Origin: Marinicella sp.
GTDB lineage: Bacteria > Pseudomonadota > Gammaproteobacteria > Xanthomonadales > Marinicellaceae
Assembly (NCBI GenBank): GCA_965230295.1
Contig: OZ246001.1
Span: 288,001 to 352,000, forward strand
DNA: 64,000 bases
Reading direction: 5' to 3'
The position numbers and the translations under genes are program-made. The notes beneath the pieces were generated by a model that was not told the origin of the DNA, searched no databases, and saw only the letters and a program-made list of their open reading frames with translations. Positions 61,387 to 64,000 of this stretch are shown one piece after another (positions within the stretch are counted from its first letter, which is position 1; every line of letters begins with the position of its first letter).

Positions 61387-64000
61387 TCAGATTGTTGTTT
61401 TCGATTTTTTGAATAATGATTTGATTTTGTTCATCACACCTTGCTTTTCTTCAATAACATTCGATGAATCTTCAGCGACACCACCAACTGCAGCCATTTC
61501 ACTGTCTCCATCAAAGGTCAAAACTTGTTTATTCGGCGATCTTGCAATCCATCGGCTGGCCAAATTATTTAATCGATCTTTACCCCACAAGCGCAAATCA
61601 TCTAACCATATATACAAACATGGTAACAACACCAATGAAATGATGGTGGAGAAAGTAAGACCACCAATGATGGCCCTCGCCATTGGGAAATAACTGGGAC
61701 CGTTGCCTCCACCCACAGCTGAGACGCTGACACTCAAAGGTAATAAACCCACCACAGTGGTTGATACTGTCATCAAAACCGGACGTATACGATCCAGGCC
61801 ACCTTGTACCACCGCTTCAAATCGGTTCATGCCTTCATCGCGCAAATTATTGATGTGATCGATCAATACAATGCCATTATTCACCACCACCCCAACCAGT
61901 ATCATGGCGCCAATTCCAGCCATCACATTGAATGTGGTACCGGTAATCGCAAAAAAGAAAAAGATGCCTAAAATTGAAAATAATATGGTGTTGTATACAC
62001 AGATGGGAAACAGCAACGATTCAAACATGGCTGCCATCACCATAAATATCACACAAAGAGCGATCAAAAACGGTGCCACCAAATCTAACAATGAAATGTT
62101 GACCCCACTGCCATCTTCATTGAAGGTCCATGAATACCCTGTTGGCAAATTCATACGGTCCATCGCAGCTTTGATTTCGTCTTTGATTTCTTTGACATTG
62201 CTGTCATCCTCAACGTCCAAATCTATTTGAATTGAGTTCATTCGTCCTAGGCGGAATAAACGCTGTGGCGAACTGGTGGACTTTATTTCAGCCACATTTT
62301 CCAAAGGAATAGATACACCATCACTGTTTTTAATCGGTAAGTTTCGCAATTGTTCAATTTCAAATTCACCTTTTTGATAAAATCGCATCTTGACTGGTAT
62401 TTCGCCAGTCTCCGATATGTATTCCTGTAAGTTCATACCACGCATGGCAATTGAAACTGATTGAGCCACTGCTGTGGGATCCAACCCAAGATTTAATGCG
62501 CGTTCTCGATTGACATTGACCTGTAGTTCCTCCCGATTGTTTTTCTGCTCGACTTGAACATTGGTGACCTTGTCTACGTTTCGCAGGATAAACATCGCAT
62601 CATCCAACAACTCATTCCTTAATACTTCTGAAGAATCACCCTGTAAATAGAGTTTAATTCCTTGAGAGCCCAAATTACTGCGCCACTGAAAGGACGGCGC
62701 ACCAATGGTGATTTCGGGCATGTCGGCTAAAATTTCTTTTTTGATTTGAGCGACTGTTTTGGTGGCAAAAGCCTCATCAATCAAAGTAATCATTGAAGTC
62801 GCATTGCCATTTTCGTTGTAATAAGTGTACACCGAATCAATTTCAAATTTTTCCTGGTTGGCATAGAGGTAATTTTCAACCCGATCAATGTCTTTTTTCA
62901 TCCGGTCCAACGTGTAGTTACCTCTGACATGGTATGGTAGCCAAAAGCTTCTGCTGACATTCTGACCGGTTCCATCATCTTGCTTCATTGATGAATAAAA
63001 TGACATACTGATGACGATCAGCAACAAAGCACTGAACACCGTTTTCCATCGATGACTGAGGAAATAAGTCAGGATGCGTTTGTAGTTTTTCACCAAATAC
63101 AAACTGAACAGGAAAAACAGTGAGACATAAGCAAATATGGTGAAATTTTCACTGGGCATACCCATTGACTTGGCCAGCATATACATCAACACATAAAACC
63201 CCGCCACCAATAAAATTTTGTAGCGTTTTTTAAGTTGGGCCCAACGAGCGAAGATACGCTCCTCTAGGCCACTGGTTTTGACTTGCTGTTTTTTCACAAA
63301 CATGCCGATGGCCATCGGAACTGCAGAAATAGACAACATCAAAGAGATCACCAGTGATGCGATGATGGCCACTGCCACATGAGTCAGAAAAATGGCCAAT
63401 AAATTTCCATCTCCAACGATGACAGGTAAAAACACACAGATGGTGGTTAATGTGCCTGCTATAACGGGTTTTATAACCAATTTGACCCCTTTAATCAGAG
63501 CATCTTTCGGATTATCAGGATCCAATTGTCTTTGGGTATAAACACTTTCAGTGATCACCACTGAATTGTCCACCAACATACCAACGGCCAGCATCAAGCC
63601 CATCAACGACAAATTATTCAAACTGATTCCAGTGAAGTACAACACCCCCAGAGTGATGATAATGGAAATGGGAATGGACATGGATATGATCAATGTCATG
63701 GGTAAGTTGCGTAAAAATACAAACAACACCACCAGTGATAACAAGGATCCAGTCACACCAGCTTTAACCACATCTTCCAATGAATTGGTAACAGCTTCAG
63801 ACTGGTTGCTCAAGAAGACCAGTTTAATACCACTCATTTGTGGGGTTTGGCTGATCTCATCAATTTTTTCCATCACCAGTTCGCCCACCTCGACCAAATT
63901 GGCTGTAGACTCTTTAAAAACCTCAATTCCTACTGAGTATTTTTGGTTTAAATGACGCGCATAATCACGTTCTCCATTGATCAACGAGATGGTGGCAATG
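61387..64000 (-). CDS. RND efflux transporter permease (AcrB/AcrD/AcrF family); partial, starts beyond the window end
   Basis: GMLVDNSVVITE, TLTTICVFLP, GVVVNNGIVLID and RIRPVLMT. Confidence 0.92.
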   Translation of the reverse strand, partial: IATISLINGERDYARHLNQKYSVGIEVFKESTANLVEVGELVMEKIDEISQTPQMSGIKLVFLSNQSEAVTNSLEDVVKAGVTGSLLSLVVLFVFLRNLPMTLIISMSIPISIIITLGVLYFTGISLNNLSLMGLMLAVGMLVDNSVVITESVYTQRQLDPDNPKDALIKGVKLVIKPVIAGTLTTICVFLPVIVGDGNLLAIFLTHVAVAIIASLVISLMLSISAVPMAIGMFVKKQQVKTSGLEERIFARWAQLKKRYKILLVAGFYVLMYMLAKSMGMPSENFTIFAYVSLFFLFSLYLVKNYKRILTYFLSHRWKTVFSALLLIVISMSFYSSMKQDDGTGQNVSRSFWLPYHVRGNYTLDRMKKDIDRVENYLYANQEKFEIDSVYTYYNENGNATSMITLIDEAFATKTVAQIKKEILADMPEITIGAPSFQWRSNLGSQGIKLYLQGDSSEVLRNELLDDAMFILRNVDKVTNVQVEQKNNREELQVNVNRERALNLGLDPTAVAQSVSIAMRGMNLQEYISETGEIPVKMRFYQKGEFEIEQLRNLPIKNSDGVSIPLENVAEIKSTSSPQRLFRLGRMNSIQIDLDVEDDSNVKEIKDEIKAAMDRMNLPTGYSWTFNEDGSGVNISLLDLVAPFLIALCVIFMVMAAMFESLLFPICVYNTILFSILGIFFFFAITGTTFNVMAGIGAMILVGVVVNNGIVLIDHINNLRDEGMNRFEAVVQGGLDRIRPVLMTVSTTVVGLLPLSVSVSAVGGGNGPSYFPMARAIIGGLTFSTIISLVLLPCLYIWLDDLRLWGKDRLNNLASRWIARSPNKQVLTFDGDSEMAAVGGVAEDSSNVIEEKQGVMNKIKSLFKKSKTTI

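Overview
64 kb of a marine-type gammaproteobacterial chromosome. The gene set and motifs suggest Marinicella/Xanthomonadales-like, which is inference only. Most of it is housekeeping: ubiI-like/ubiH-purF-cvpA-dedD-hisS-rodZ-pilW-rlmN-ndk, a psrA-led beta-oxidation operon, amt, dapB-dnaJ-dnaK-grpE/recN, tRNA-Arg(CCT), crcB-rarA-lolA, ftsK-ald, trxB-aat, ahpC and a partial RND transporter. Four things stand out. (1) A ~9 kb module inserted between lolA and ftsK. It encodes a 2075-aa adhesin with an internal IPTL sorting signal followed by a second signal peptide, three paralogous phage-tail-collar proteins with no other phage genes, a Tat-signal DUF6916-like protein, a GNAT acetyltransferase and a signal-less DUF6916-like protein. 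This is the best candidate for an uncharacterised surface-assembly system. (2) A shared C-terminal D/E-x-I-F-x-x-G/D-F-E/D tag on three unrelated secreted proteins. (3) An AT-rich island at the tRNA-Arg 3' end carrying an ECF transporter with complementary half-degenerate ATPases and a methyltransferase. (4) An intact FadE paralogue that appears to have lost its catalytic motifs, inside the fad operon. Family assignments come from motif recognition, not database searches.
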